Below the pieces are notes generated by a model. It worked only from the letters and a program-made list of their open reading frames with translations. It had not been told where the DNA came from and searched no databases. The position numbers and the translations under genes are program-made. Positions 26,607 to 36,520 of a stretch of 64,000 nucleotides of DNA are shown here, in pieces. Source of the DNA: Octopus bimaculoides (lineage: Eukaryota); contig NC_068996.1 in the NCBI RefSeq assembly GCF_001194135.2, positions 50,588,821-50,652,820 of the forward strand, in the 5' to 3' direction. Each line of letters starts with the position of its first letter. Within the stretch, counting starts at the first letter, position 1.

Positions 26607-28464
26607 CAAATTCCGCCGAGGTCGGCTTTACCTCTCATGCTTTAGGGGTCGATAAAATAAGTACCAGTCGAACACTTGGGTCTGTGTAATCGACTTATTC
26701 CCTTCCCCAAAATTGCTGCCCTTGTGGCAAAATATAAAATTATTATTATTAAAGTGGCAAGCTGTCAGAATCATTAGCATGCCAGACAAAATGTTTTGCA
26801 ACATTTTACTTGTCTTTACATTCATCATTATCATCATCATCCCATGTCTGTTTGCTATGCTGGCATGGATTGGATGGTTTGACCAGAACTGGCAGACTGG
26901 AGAGCTGCACCAGGAAGTAGGAGGCTAAATTAGATGCTAGAATTGTAGTTGTACAGTAAAGTGCCTTAGAAGAGGAGGAGTTGGGCTTTGTGCTTCTCCT
27001 CACCTATGGTCATGAATGTTGGGTAATGATCAAAAGAGTACAATTACAAGTACATGTGACCAAAATGGGGTTCCACCGAAGCATGTCTGAAGTGATGTTG
27101 CTGGACAGGATCAAGCTGCATTGAGAGGTCACAGCTCTGGTATTAGAGGCATGCAATCAGAACATCATAGGGAAGAATCACCAGAGGGAGTCTTCAAGCT
27201 GAGCCAACCAGCAGGAAAGCTAGTGATAGACCAAGAATGAACTGGTTGGACAATATCTATAGTCTCAGTAGGTCATGCTTGACACTTGTTTCTGATAAGA
27301 CCCTATGGAGGAGGTATCTGAGAACATAACTCCCAGGACCCTTCCAGGAATAGTGGGTGAAGAAAATGGATGAATGAAACAAAAATATCTTGTGATATTT
27401 AGTCCAAATTATGTCATTTTATACCAATGTGCCCACAGCCATTCATCTGTTAGGATTTCAATAAAATAAATACCAGACAAAAGTACTGAGTGGAGATGAG
27501 ACAATATAATAAATAATGAATCATGGCTGTGTGGTAAGAAACTTGCTTCCCAACCATATGGCTCTGGGTTCAGTTTTGAGTGAATTTGGTAGACAGAAAC
27601 TGAAAGAACCCTGTCGTGTGTGTGTGTGTGTATGTGTCTGTGCTTATCCCCACCATCACTGCTTGATAACTGGTGTTGGTATGTTTACATCCCCATAACT
27701 TAGTGGTTTGGCAAAAAAGACTAATAGAATAAATACTAGGCTTAAAAAAAATAAGTCCTGAGATTGATTTCTTCAACTAAAAAAACCCTTTAAGATGGTG
27801 TTCCAGCATGGCCACAGTCAAATGACTGAAACAAGTAAAAAAAAAATAAAAGAATAATGGCGGTACTCCAGTTTGGTCGTAGTTGGAAGATTGACAACAT
27901 TTTATGTACATGTCAGTTGATACCTTTTATAGATGTGTAATGTGTTTGTTTATATTTCAGGTGGTCGTGGTTGGGAACCCTGCCAATACAAATGCTCTCA
28001 TATGCATGAAATATGCTCCCTCTATTCCACCACAAAATTTCTCAGCATTGACTCGACTTGACCAAAATCGGGCCCAATATCAAGTATGTATTTTTTTTGT
28101 TTGTTCTTTTNNNNNNNNNNNNNNNNNNNNNNNNNNNNNNNNNNNNNNNNNNNNNNNNNNNNNNNNNNNNNNNNNNNNNNNNNNNNNNNNNNNNNNNNNN
28201 NNNNNNNNNNNNNNNNNNNNNNNNNNNNNNNNNNNNNNNNNNNNNNNNNNNNNNNNNNNNNNNNNNNNNNNNNNNNNNNNNNNNNNNNNNNNNNNNNNNN
28301 NNNNNNNNNNNNNNNNNNNNNNNNNNNNNNNNNNNNNNNNNNNNNNNNNNNNNNNNNNNNNNNNNNNNNNNNNNNNNNNNNNNNNNNNNNNNNNNNNNNN
28401 NNNNNNNNNNNNNNNNNNNNNNNNNNNNNNNNNNNNNNNNNNNNNNNNNNNNNNNNNNNNNNNN

Positions 28465-28498
<34 letters not shown>

Positions 28499-31400
28499 TC
28501 ATTCAATAATAGGATAAAATCTTTTATAAGAATTTATCAAGTTGCTAGTGTGAAAAAACCTCATAAGGGAAAAATCATTTATTCCCCAGAATATATTTAT
28601 TTATATAAGGGCATTACTATACATGAATGCCTCATGCTAAGAGGGACTCTAAGGTCAAACTATCATCATAAACACTTTTTTACCAAACGCGAGGAAATGT
28701 AACTCTCCAAGCTAGCCTCTTAAAAACAGACTAAACTATAGATCGACGATTTCACAGTTATTACAGCAATATGTAAGTTCTGCTCTTCAGTACAGTATGG
28801 TCAAGATACATAAAAATAAACAAAAAAATTCAACATTTTAAACGAACACCTCATGTATGAGCGAATGAAGAAAAAGAATACCAAACCCTTTCTTATTATC
28901 TGAGAGTAAAGAATTTATTCATTTCTAATTAGATTTTTAATGTTTCATAATGAACTTACTTATGAACCATTGGGTTTATTGGTTATATTTTAACCTTTTT
29001 GCATTTAGACTAGCCATATCAGGTCCAAGTATGCTACCTGTTTTATATTCAAACCAGCTAGATCCAGCTTCTCACACCTACCCTACAATGTTATTCATAA
29101 AATAAACAACCTTGTCACTGAAATCTCAAAGCTACAAGACAATGCATGAGTAATTGCAAAGCAACATGAATGAATAAGGATGACGTTGACAGAATAATCT
29201 GTGAATGCTAAAAGGTTAAACTGGCCTGGCCTAAATATTTTACTTGTTTTATGTTCAAACTTTCCAGATCCAACCTCTCATACTTACCCTACAATGTCTT
29301 TCTACAAATAAACAATGTGATTGTTGAAGGGTTCAATTTACTTTCAGAGAAACTTATGCACCATTGTATTTATTAATGTAATTTAAAGTATTAATAAAAT
29401 TCTTTTTCTTTTTTTCCTTCTGTTACCAGATTGCTACTAAGTGTGGTGTCTCTGCCCAAGATGTCCACAATGTGATTATCTGGGGGAACCATTCCTCCAC
29501 CCAATACCCAGACGTTTCCCACGCAACTGTAAAATTATCATCTGAGACGAAGTCGGTTAAAGAGGCTGTTAAGGATGATAAATATTTGAAGAATGATTTC
29601 TTAAAGGTATCAACTAATCACTTTTATTTAACGTAATGTCAGTCCTGGTCAGCTGACATACGACCAAAAGCCTTCCAGCGATGACCATTCCGGTTTTTCG
29701 TTTTGGGGGTGGGGGTGATTTTAAAAAATATATCTCAGATTACATTATTGATGCACCATTCCTTCTTTTATAAAAAAAAAACCCAGTAGGATGTGACTTA
29801 AGAAAGGTTGTTTTGCTGCTATTTCTAGCAAGTCAAAGAACCATGTAGAATGGCAGTTTGCAATGTTTCTCTGGTACCTTGTCATCCTATCTCCCTACAC
29901 CGAGGTATACAGCACCCTTGTTTAAGCTTCAAGGGATATCTTGCTATACACTCCTATAACAACTGTTTATAACAACCTAGAATGTTGTGATTTCCACTCC
30001 CATTTGGAGACCACTGATGTAACGACTCCAATAATTATTGAATTGTATTGACACAGTATATTTTTTGTATTTATTTATTCAATCTCGTCTGCAATATTTC
30101 TAACTTGTCGTAGTTTTTATTGTTGTAAGTGATGGGAGCAGGTTGTTGTTAGAAGTAATAAAATTTGAACAATTAAATGTCCATACGATACTAATCATAT
30201 GAGCTATTAACCTTTTTGTTTTCTTTTAGGATGAAAACATTTTGTTTTTGTTTTTAAGGATTCATCTCTAAAAATAACAGATGCGTCTTTGGCTGTGTGG
30301 TTAAGAAGTTTGCTTTCCAACCATGTGATTTGGGGTTCAGTTTCACTGTATGTCCCCTGGGCTGTAGTAGAAGTGCTTTCTACTATTGCCCAGGGCCAAC
30401 CAAAGCTTTGTGAATGGATTTGGCAGACAGAAACTGAAAGAAGCTTGTATGTGTGTAGTGTTGTCTAGACATCACGTGACAGTTGTAAATAAGCATCTTT
30501 GTCATACAAGCAATGTTCTTTGTCACCAATCTTCCATGAAACACATGTCTAGCCATAGGGAAATATTACCATGATTAGAAACAGGTGATAGCTGGCAATA
30601 TCCATTCATTGGAAATCTGCCACAGCAAATTCCACCCTACTCATAAAAGAAAGCAAATGTCGACATTCAAATGGTGATGATAGAGTTTGTACATTTAAAC
30701 TAGATATTTCACTGTTATTACTTAGGAATTTATCATTGCTTTCACACTTTTAAGTCACTTTGAAGAACATGCTGAAAAATGTATTATAAATTACAGTAAT
30801 CTGCAGTAACCATGCAGAGTCCTTTGCATGAACCTGTTCTGCTCCCTCTGCCATATTAATGTGTTAATATGAAGCTGATCCCCACTTCCTACCCAGGGCT
30901 CATAATCCTGCAAATTGCATGGCACCCTCTGTTGTGCAGGTGGCATGAAAAAAAAAGATACCCTATTCCTGCTGTGAATTTGTTGTTATTAGGAAGGGCA
31001 TACAACTGTAGGAACCATACCAAAACAGATATTGGAGCTCGATGCAGTCCTGGGACCCATCACATCCTGTCAAACATCCAACCCATGCTGGCATGGAACA
31101 TGGATGCTTAATGATGATGGCCATTGCCAGTACTACCTGACTGGCCTTCATGCCGGTGGCACGTAAAAGCACCCACTACACTCTCAGTGGTTGGCGTTAG
31201 GAAGGGCATCCAGCTGTAGAAACTCTGCCAAATCAGATTGGAGCCTGGTGTAGCCATCTGGTTCACCAGTCTTCAGTCAAATCGTCCAACCCATGCTAGC
31301 ATGGAAGGCGGACGTTAAACGATGATGATGATAAATCAGTGTGGCTTGTGTTTGGTTTAAACCTGTGGAGTTACTCAAAATGGTCCTTATAAAAATCAAC

Positions 31401-31979
31401 AATGACACTGGAAATGGCATGTTTTGTTAAGAAACAGGTATTTGATTGGAATGAATTGAATTATGAAAGAATATATTTGATTCTTAATTGGTATTTTCTC
31501 TCTCTTTTCAGTGTGTTCAAGAGCGTGGAGCTGCAGTTATTAAAGCCAGGAAATTGTCGAGTGCAATGTCTGCTGCTAAAGCTATTTGTGATCATGTCCA
31601 TGATTGGTGGCATGGAGTGCCAAGTGTAAGCTTTTTAAGACCAAATCTGTTTTGATAGTGACTTTGTGTTTCAATGAATTATGAAAATGATCAAGAATGG
31701 AGAGAGATTTAGTTTTAAAAAAGCCACATTAGTGGATTTGGTAGATGGAAACTGAAAAAGAGCCCATCGTGTGTGTCTTTGTGTCTGTGTTTGTCTCCTT
31801 ATCACTGCTTGACAACTTAGTTGGTGTGTTTGTGTCCCCATAACTTAGTGGTTCAGCAAAACAAACTGGTAGAATAAGTACCAGGCTTAAAAAGTAAGTA
31901 CTGGGATTGATTCATTCAATTAAAAGTTCAAAGCAGTGCCCCAGCATGGCCACAGTCTAATGACTGAAACAAATAAAAG

Positions 31980-32022
<43 letters not shown>

Positions 32023-33570
32023 TATCAGCCACACATACACAGTGTATGTATTTTTGCATGTTTGCTGGTTCGCTGCCGTACAGCACTCCGCAGTTGACTC
32101 CCTCATAACACTGAATGTTAAAACAACTGAAAATCACAGACAGGCAAGACAACTGTCATATCCAGGTGTGATGGATACCAATATTTCGCCATTTTTGTGG
32201 CTTATCAANNNNNNNNNNNNNNNNNNNNNNNNNNNNNNNNNNNNNNNNNNNNNNNNNNNNNNNNNNNNNNNNNNNNNNNNNNNNNNNNNNNNNNNNNNNN
32301 NNNNNNNNNNNNNNNNNNNNNNNNNNNNNNNNNNNNNNNNNNNNNNNNNNNNNNNNNNNNNNNNNNNNNNNNNNNNNNNNNNNNNNNNNNNNNNNNNNNN
32401 NNNNNNNNNNNNNNNNNNNNNNNNNNNNNNNNNNNNNNNNNNNNNNNNNNNNNNNNNNNNNNNNNNNNNNNNNNNNNNNNNNNNNNNNNNNNNNNNNNNN
32501 NNNNNNNNNNNNNNNNNNNNNNNNNNNNNNNNNNNNNNNNNNNNNNNNNNNNNNNNNNNNNNNNNNNNNNNNNNNNNNNNNNNNNNNNNNNNNNNNNNNN
32601 NNNNNNNNNNNNNNNNNNNNNNNNNNNNNNATTATAGCCCTGGGCAGACCAATGCCGTATGAATGGATTTGGTAGATGGAAACTGAAAGAGGTCCCTTTT
32701 GTATATTGTGTGTGGTGTGTGTGTGTGTGTTTGAGTATGGGATTGTCTTCAAGAATTAATGTCACACAAGTGGTATTGTTCATTTCCAAACTTACATGAA
32801 AAACATGTTTCGTTGTAAAGGAATATTTATCTTACCTGGAAACAGGTGAGGGTTGACATCTTGAAGGGCATCTGGCTATAGAAAACTGCCTCAACAAATT
32901 CTGTCTGACTCATGCAGGTATTGAAAAGTGGACATTAAACATCAACAATGAATTACAAGATTAACTTTATAATTTTCAAATTTGATATTGCTTTTGTAGG
33001 GGTTGTGAAAATGAAAAATTTTGCAGGGTCATAGGATATATGAAAGATTAGGAACCATTGATGTAGAATCTCCATTATTAACTCATGAAGTAATGTCAAA
33101 GTTGAAGCAGAGCAGCTCTTAAAAGGTGTCATTTCTTGCCTTCTTTTAGTTTTGTTTTTGTCAGCCTTATTTCTTCTAAATCATTATATTTCACAATGTT
33201 TTCTACTTCAAGGAATTTTTGACATACAATTTGTCTCTACAAGTATGTTTCATGACTAACTTTAATTAAAAATTTTTTTTTAAATGTTTCCAATGTTTTT
33301 TTGGACACACCATTAGTTTTTATATTTTAATAAAATAAAGATTTCTTTTGTTCATTTCAGGGTACTTATGTATCAATGGCTGTTTGTTCAGATGGTTCCT
33401 ATGGTATTGAAAAGGGTCTCATCTTCAGTTTTCCGGTGATTACCAAACCTGATCATAGTTATGAAATTGTCAAAGACTTGGCTATTGATGACTTTTCCAG
33501 ATCTAAACTGGATATAACTCTCAAAGAACTTCTTGATGAAAGAGATCTTGCTTTGAGTGTTTGCGAATGA
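1354..33570 (+). CDS. MDH1: Cytosolic malate dehydrogenase, spliced CDS join(1354..1356,18001..18099,20122..20218,24412..24587,27961..28083,29430..29606,31512..31625,33361..33570), 332 aa
   Basis: The eight exons (3+99+97+176+123+177+114+210 = 999 nt) splice in frame with GT-AG boundaries. The protein has the NAD-binding [41 protein letters not shown], catalytic TRLDQNRA and [12 protein letters not shown], and [24 protein letters not shown], all diagnostic of MDH1. Confidence 0.97.
4040..4124. mobile_element. 85-bp hairpin MITE, GG...CC ends, 8-bp TSD (ATCAATTT/ATCAATCT), central CCCTAA repeats
   Basis: Arms GGCGGAGGTAAAGAGTACGCACACC and GGTGTGCGTATTCTTTACCTTCGCC. A sister copy lies at 5823-5901. 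Confidence 0.75.
4195..4550 (+). mobile_element. tRNA-derived SINE, family A (diverged)
   Basis: Shares GGATTTGGTAGACGGAAACTGAAAGAA, a (GT)n core and the AAATGACTGAAACAAGTAAAAG-type tail with the copy at 37578. Confidence 0.8.
5586..5740. mobile_element. hAT (Charlie-like) MITE
   Basis: TIRs CAGTGGTTCCCAATCT and AGGTTCGGAACAACTG; 8-bp TSD GTCTAGTG/GTCTTGTG. Confidence 0.8.
5823..5901. mobile_element. 79-bp hairpin MITE, same family as 4040-4124
   Basis: Near-perfect palindrome around CCACCCGTTTTCG-C-CGAAAACGGGTGG; 8-bp TSD GATCGGAG/GGTCGGAG. Confidence 0.75.
6686..6860 (+). mobile_element. SINE family C fragment (further copies at about 11985-12185 +, 26608-26735 +, 38705-38900 -, 38925-39105 -, 40735-40935 +, 63860-64000 -)
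   Basis: Shared core TTCTGAGTTCAAATTCCGCCGAGGTCGACTTTGCCTTTCATCCTTTCGGGGTCGATAAA..AAGTACCAG. Confidence 0.75.
6866..7096. mobile_element. TTAA-flanked (piggyBac-like) MITE, family E; second, inverted copy at about 37309-37532
   Basis: TTAA-ACCATTTTGTTACC...TATCAAAAGGG-TTAA; the internal sequence matches the 37.3 kb copy in reverse. Confidence 0.55.
9370..10990 (-). mobile_element. Decayed L1/Tx1-clade LINE ORF2 (RT and C-terminal region)
   Basis: Minus-strand peptides [46 protein letters not shown] and [23 protein letters not shown], with many stops and frameshifts. Confidence 0.85.
12325..12617 (+). mobile_element. RTE-derived non-autonomous element with (GAT)n tail
   Basis: GGGCCTCACGGAGGCAAT (GLTEAM) ORF2-end remnant, then AGGAAGGGCATCCAGCTGTAGAAA...CCATGCCAGCATG...GATGATGAT. 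Confidence 0.75.
13209..13403. mobile_element. piggyBac-like MITE, family D (right end decayed)
   Basis: Starts TTAA-CCCTTTGGCATTCAG; body matches the copy at 22485-22713. Confidence 0.7.
16645..16930. repeat. Inverted repeat with about 120-bp arms in MDH1 intron 1; each arm carries a decayed hammerhead-like motif
   Basis: 16645-16762 is the imperfect reverse complement of 16806-16930 (TGGTCTTCA..TTTAGTTTCTTTGTCAAAG..CACACATCCTG versus CAGGATGTGTG..CTTTGACAAAGAAACTAAAA..TGAAGACCA). Confidence 0.85.
17211..17690 (-). mobile_element. RTE-derived non-autonomous element whose 5' part is about 4.5 tandem copies of a 42-bp unit
   Basis: (GAT)n tail at 17211-17223, RTE 3' UTR core, ORF2-end remnant ([13 protein letters not shown]), tandem GCCTCCGTGAGGCCCAACACTCGAAAGGAACTCAGCCACTTT. 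Confidence 0.75.
18001..18099 (+). CDS. MDH1: MDH1 exon 2 ([33 protein letters not shown])
   Basis: Acceptor TTTACAG, donor GTAGGA, 99 nt, Rossmann glycine-rich motif. Confidence 0.96.
18280..18650 (-). mobile_element. SINE family A (a second partial copy at about 18680-18910)
   Basis: Reverse complement of the 37578 consensus: TTACTTGTTTCAGTCATTTGACTGTGGCCATACTGGAGCACC... Confidence 0.85.
20122..20218 (+). CDS. MDH1: MDH1 exon 3 ([32 protein letters not shown])
   Basis: Acceptor TTTTTTTTTAG, donor GTAAGT, 97 nt. Translated by hand; it is absent from the ORF track. Confidence 0.96.
20411..20640. mobile_element. piggyBac-like MITE, family D
   Basis: TTAA-CTCTCTTGGTATT...AATGCTAAAGAG-TTAA. 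Confidence 0.75.
21517..21930 (+). mobile_element. Young RTE 3' UTR copy with (GAT)n tail
   Basis: CpG-retaining; ends CCATGCTAGCATGGAAAGCGGACGTTAAACGATGATGATG. Confidence 0.85.
22115..22338. mobile_element. piggyBac-like MITE, family D
   Basis: TTAA-CCCTTTAGCGTT...AATGCTGAAGGG-TTAA: CCCT/AGGG termini with TTAA on both sides. Confidence 0.85.
22485..22713. mobile_element. piggyBac-like MITE, family D, opposite orientation to 22115 (a further partial copy at about 22874-23079)
   Basis: TTAA-CTGTTTAGCATT...AATGCTAAAGGG-TTAA. Confidence 0.8.
23459..23782. mobile_element. Solo-LTR-like insertion (TGTTG...TAACA) splitting an RTE-tail copy
   Basis: TG/CA termini, imperfect 5-bp duplication GAAAC/GAAGC; the host repeat resumes on the other side. 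Confidence 0.5.
24412..24587 (+). CDS. MDH1: MDH1 exon 4 ([59 protein letters not shown])
   Basis: Acceptor TCTCTTCTCAG, donor GTAAGA, 176 nt, contains the substrate-binding Arg loop. Confidence 0.97.
24950..26530 (-). mobile_element. 5'-truncated RTE LINE (3' UTR 24950-25356; ORF2 end about 25628-26530, interrupted by about 270 bp)
   Basis: Minus-strand peptide [63 protein letters not shown]; (GAT)n tail. Confidence 0.9.
26975..27370 (+). mobile_element. Decayed Rex3/Expander-like RTE fragment
   Basis: Translates to [31 protein letters not shown], resembling the PTLTYGHELWVMTER..AAEMSFLRR motif of Expander-type RTEs. Confidence 0.6.
27515..27850 (+). mobile_element. SINE family A (further copies at about 30280-30470, 31730-31980, 32630-32730, 50200-50420, 63000-63245)
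   Basis: ATGGCTGTGTGGTAAGAA head; tail CCAGCATGGCCACAGTCAAATGACTGAAACAAGTAAAA. Confidence 0.85.
27961..28083 (+). CDS. MDH1: MDH1 exon 5 ([41 protein letters not shown])
   Basis: Acceptor ATATTTCAG, donor GTATGT, 123 nt, catalytic Asp in RLD. Confidence 0.97.
28990..29330. mobile_element. piggyBac-like MITE, family D (28990-29219), with an adjacent partial tandem copy
   Basis: TTAA-CCTTTTTGCATT...AATGCTAAAAGG-TTAA, followed by a repeat of the internal sequence. Confidence 0.75.
29430..29606 (+). CDS. MDH1: MDH1 exon 6 ([59 protein letters not shown])
   Basis: Long polypyrimidine tract plus CCAG, donor GTATCA, 177 nt, catalytic His in GNHS. Confidence 0.97.
31118..31332 (+). mobile_element. 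Young RTE 3' UTR copy with (GAT)n tail (other copies at about 34755-35030 -, 52866-53375 -, 56677-56902 +)
   Basis: GGTTGGCGTTAGGAAGGGCATCCAGCTGTAGAAACTCTGCCAAATCAGATTGGAGCC...GATGATGATG. Confidence 0.85.
31512..31625 (+). CDS. MDH1: MDH1 exon 7 ([38 protein letters not shown])
   Basis: Acceptor CTCTCTTTTCAG, donor GTAAGC, 114 nt. Confidence 0.97.
33361..33570 (+). CDS. MDH1: MDH1 terminal coding exon 8 ([26 protein letters not shown]...[14 protein letters not shown])
   Basis: Acceptor TTCATTTCAG, 210 nt to TGA at 33568-33570. Confidence 0.97.
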   Translation, partial: GTYVSMAVCSDGSYGIEKGLIFSFPVITKPDHSYEIVKDLAIDDFSRSKLDITLKELLDERDLALSVCE

Positions 33571-33591
33571 CTGTTTGATCCTAAATTGTAA
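33571..33591 (+). other. Putative stop-codon readthrough extension of MDH1 (X-LFDPKL*), PTS1-like C-terminus
   Basis: TGA CTG TTT GAT CCT AAA TTG TAA is in frame after the stop. UGA-C is a leaky context and PKL is a PTS1-type tripeptide. Confidence 0.6.
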
Positions 33592-33704
33592 CCTTGCCTT
33601 AGACAAATATCTTGTGAAAAATATGATATTTTTAGATGTCCTTAGTTTACACAGCTACATCTTTATAATTTGATTCACAAAGAAAATATTTCTCTGATAA
33701 AAAA

Positions 33705-33710
33705 AATAAA
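33705..33710 (+). promoter_or_regulatory. Candidate MDH1 polyadenylation signal AATAAA (a second one at 33918-33923)
   Basis: First AATAAA hexamers downstream of the stop, followed by T-rich sequence. Confidence 0.45.
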
Positions 33711-35689
33711 TTTTTTAAAGATTTCCCCTGAAACTCAAGTTCTTAGGTTAAATTTTCTGTATCTAATTCAATAGATTAAGTGATTGTGCTAATTGTTTTG
33801 GCAAAATGATGTCCCCCTATCAAGAAGTAGATATTTTTAAAATGAAGAATAAGGTATATATTATGGTAAAACTGTTTCAGAACAAGAATCGATCAAAAAG
33901 TAAAATTAAAAATTAAGAATAAAACATTAAAAAAAAAAATTAAAAAAATGAAAACGGTTTATTGATCTGAAGAATAACATATTGAAATTTTGCTTGTAAT
34001 TCATGTCTTCAGAATAAATATTTGTAACAGGATTCTATACTGTATTCTTGTTTTATACATCACACTTGCACATACATACATAAGCAAATAAATAAACCGT
34101 TTTTCCATGCTTGGTTGGGCGTGAGTCTCACAGAGACTCTGAGATCCTTTGTCATTTGGGATATGGTAGCAGAGGAAACCAATCTTAGTTGTGTATATAA
34201 TTTTATGATTGGCTTCCTTTATTTTCAGCAACCATTTTGCAGCATAGACTCTACGCATTTTATCACACCACTGGCACTAAAAAGATTGTCTGTGACATGA
34301 TTAGATAGCCCCTTCTTAATAACTTTGAATAAAAGGGAAAAAAAAAAACTGAAACCCAAATTTTATTCAGTTATTTGCTCCTAGGTGGTTTGTCTGCTCT
34401 GTGGCTTGTGCAGTCCATGTCTCTTCCATTCATTCCTTTCATATTGCCAACCCAACTCACTGGTCATTGTTCTAAAATTAGACAAAAAGTCTCTGCAAGA
34501 AAGAAGCATTAACAAACTTGCATCAGAACGTCAGTGTATCGCTACTGGGTGACTTCAACCTGCCATAGCCTCAAATGGCCAAAAAGACTAACTTCTCTCT
34601 GGAATTCACAGTATGATGACAAATGAATAATCTTCACTTGACCTCATTGTTATGCAAGTCATTGGAATAAATGGTCCACTGCAGATGCAGAGGCAACAAA
34701 AGTAATTTGAAAATTACGATATGAAGGTGACTCTTAGGTTTTATTTCTCCAACCACATCATCATCATCATCATCGTTTAACGTCTGCTTTCCATGCTGGC
34801 ATGGGTTGGATGGTTTGACTGAGGACTGGCAAGCCAGGTAACTGCACCAGGCTCCAATCTGATCTGGCAATGTTTCTACATCTGGATGCCTTTCCTAACA
34901 CCAACCACTCTGAGAGTGTAGTGGCTGCTTTTTAAATGCCACTGGCACAGGTGCCATTCAGACGGTACTGGCATCGACCACGCTTGAATGGTGCTTTTTA
35001 CATGCCACCGATACGGGAGCCAGTGATGTGCAGGCCAAAAGAAAATGTTGCTCAGAACTTTACCAAATACATACAGAACTGCCAAAAAATGTATACACAC
35101 TTCAGGAAAGGAAAAATTTTTATTAACGTTTTTTATTTAGTGTTATCGCAGTTTGACAAATCATGGAAAGAGGCATCTATATTTATTGAGGTACTTATAC
35201 AAGTTAGATATTTATACAGATTTTTCCTTTCTTGAAGTGTGCATACATTTTTTTGGTGAACTCTATATTAGCATGTTTAGTGTGAATTCTAATGGGAAGA
35301 AATTTTAGTTGAGGGTACAAGGGCTGTAATCTAAGGGCTAAAACCAAAGTCCTAGCAAATAGGAAAATGGACAAATCTAAAATCCCTCTAGAGAGATGGC
35401 CTTATTCAAGATGTGGGAAAGGTACTGGTAGAAACTCCATACAGTGTACCCACTATGGTTGAATGGCTTGGCCAGCTGGGGAGCTGTCCAGGTTCCATTC
35501 GTCTATTTTGGAATGGATGCATAAGAGATGTGGTGTATCATGGGAAGGTTAACAAAAAGGAGCCTTTGTGTGTGACAGATGTGCAGGTATAATAAATACT
35601 AAGAATGTACAGAGAATAGACTTCCTGAAATGTTTGGGGGTCCTTAGCAGACAGCTTCCATTACCTAGGTAACTGAGTAGTGGAGGAGG

Positions 35690-36520
35690 AAGTTCTGAAA
35701 GTGTAGTTTCTAGAATAAGAATGGTTGGGCAAAGCTCAGAGAGCTTCTACCTTTGTTGGTAACTAAAAGCCTCTCCCTTAGAGTGAAAGACAGATTGTAT
35801 GATGCCTGTGTATGTACAGCTCTGCTACACAGCAATGAAACATGGGTTGTGACTACAGAGGACTTGTGAAGGTTTGAAAGAAATGAAGCCAACATGCTTA
35901 ACTGGATGGGTGATGTTGGTGTGCAAATATGAAAGAGTGTAAGTGTCTTGAGAGAAAAATTGGGTACAAGAGGTGTCAGCTGTAGTGTACAAGAGAGGAA
36001 ACTGCTGGTTTGATCATGGGATGCATATGGATGAGGACAGCTGCATATATAAGTGCTGAGTTCTAACTGTGGAGGGAACATGTGGAAAATCCAGGAAGAT
36101 GTGAGACAAGGTAGAGAGAGATCTTCAAACGGGCCTTAGAGGAGATTCCTGGTAGTTTGCCGTGCTTGAGAAGACCCAACAAGTTTAGTAAAAGTGTAAC
36201 TGTCCATACATACAGGTATGTCCTCTACATCCTTTTCTCAGCCTAGAGGTTCTTTTTTTGAGAGCTCACAGGTGCTGCTGTCATATAAAATGTGTGCCAG
36301 TGTTATGTAATGGCACTGTGCTGGTGCCATGTAAAAGTACTCCTGCCGGTGCCACATGAAAAGCACTCAGTACATTGTGAAGTGGTTGGTATTAGGAAGG
36401 GCATCAAGTTGTAGAAACCATTCCAAAATAGATGAATGGAACCTGGACAGGTCTCCAACTGGCCAAACCGTTCAACCAATGCCAGCATGGAAAGCAGACG
36501 TTAAATGGTGATGATGATGG
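35690..36520 (+). mobile_element. Decayed RTE LINE 3' end (ORF2 end about 35690-36180, tail about 36300-36520)
   Basis: Matches the other RTE copies ([28 protein letters not shown]). Confidence 0.85.

Noticed and set aside
33568-33570. UGA as selenocysteine
   Set aside because: No SECIS-like stem (AUGA..AA..GA) was recognised in the AT-rich 3' UTR and MDH1 is not a known selenoprotein, so leaky readthrough is the simpler model.
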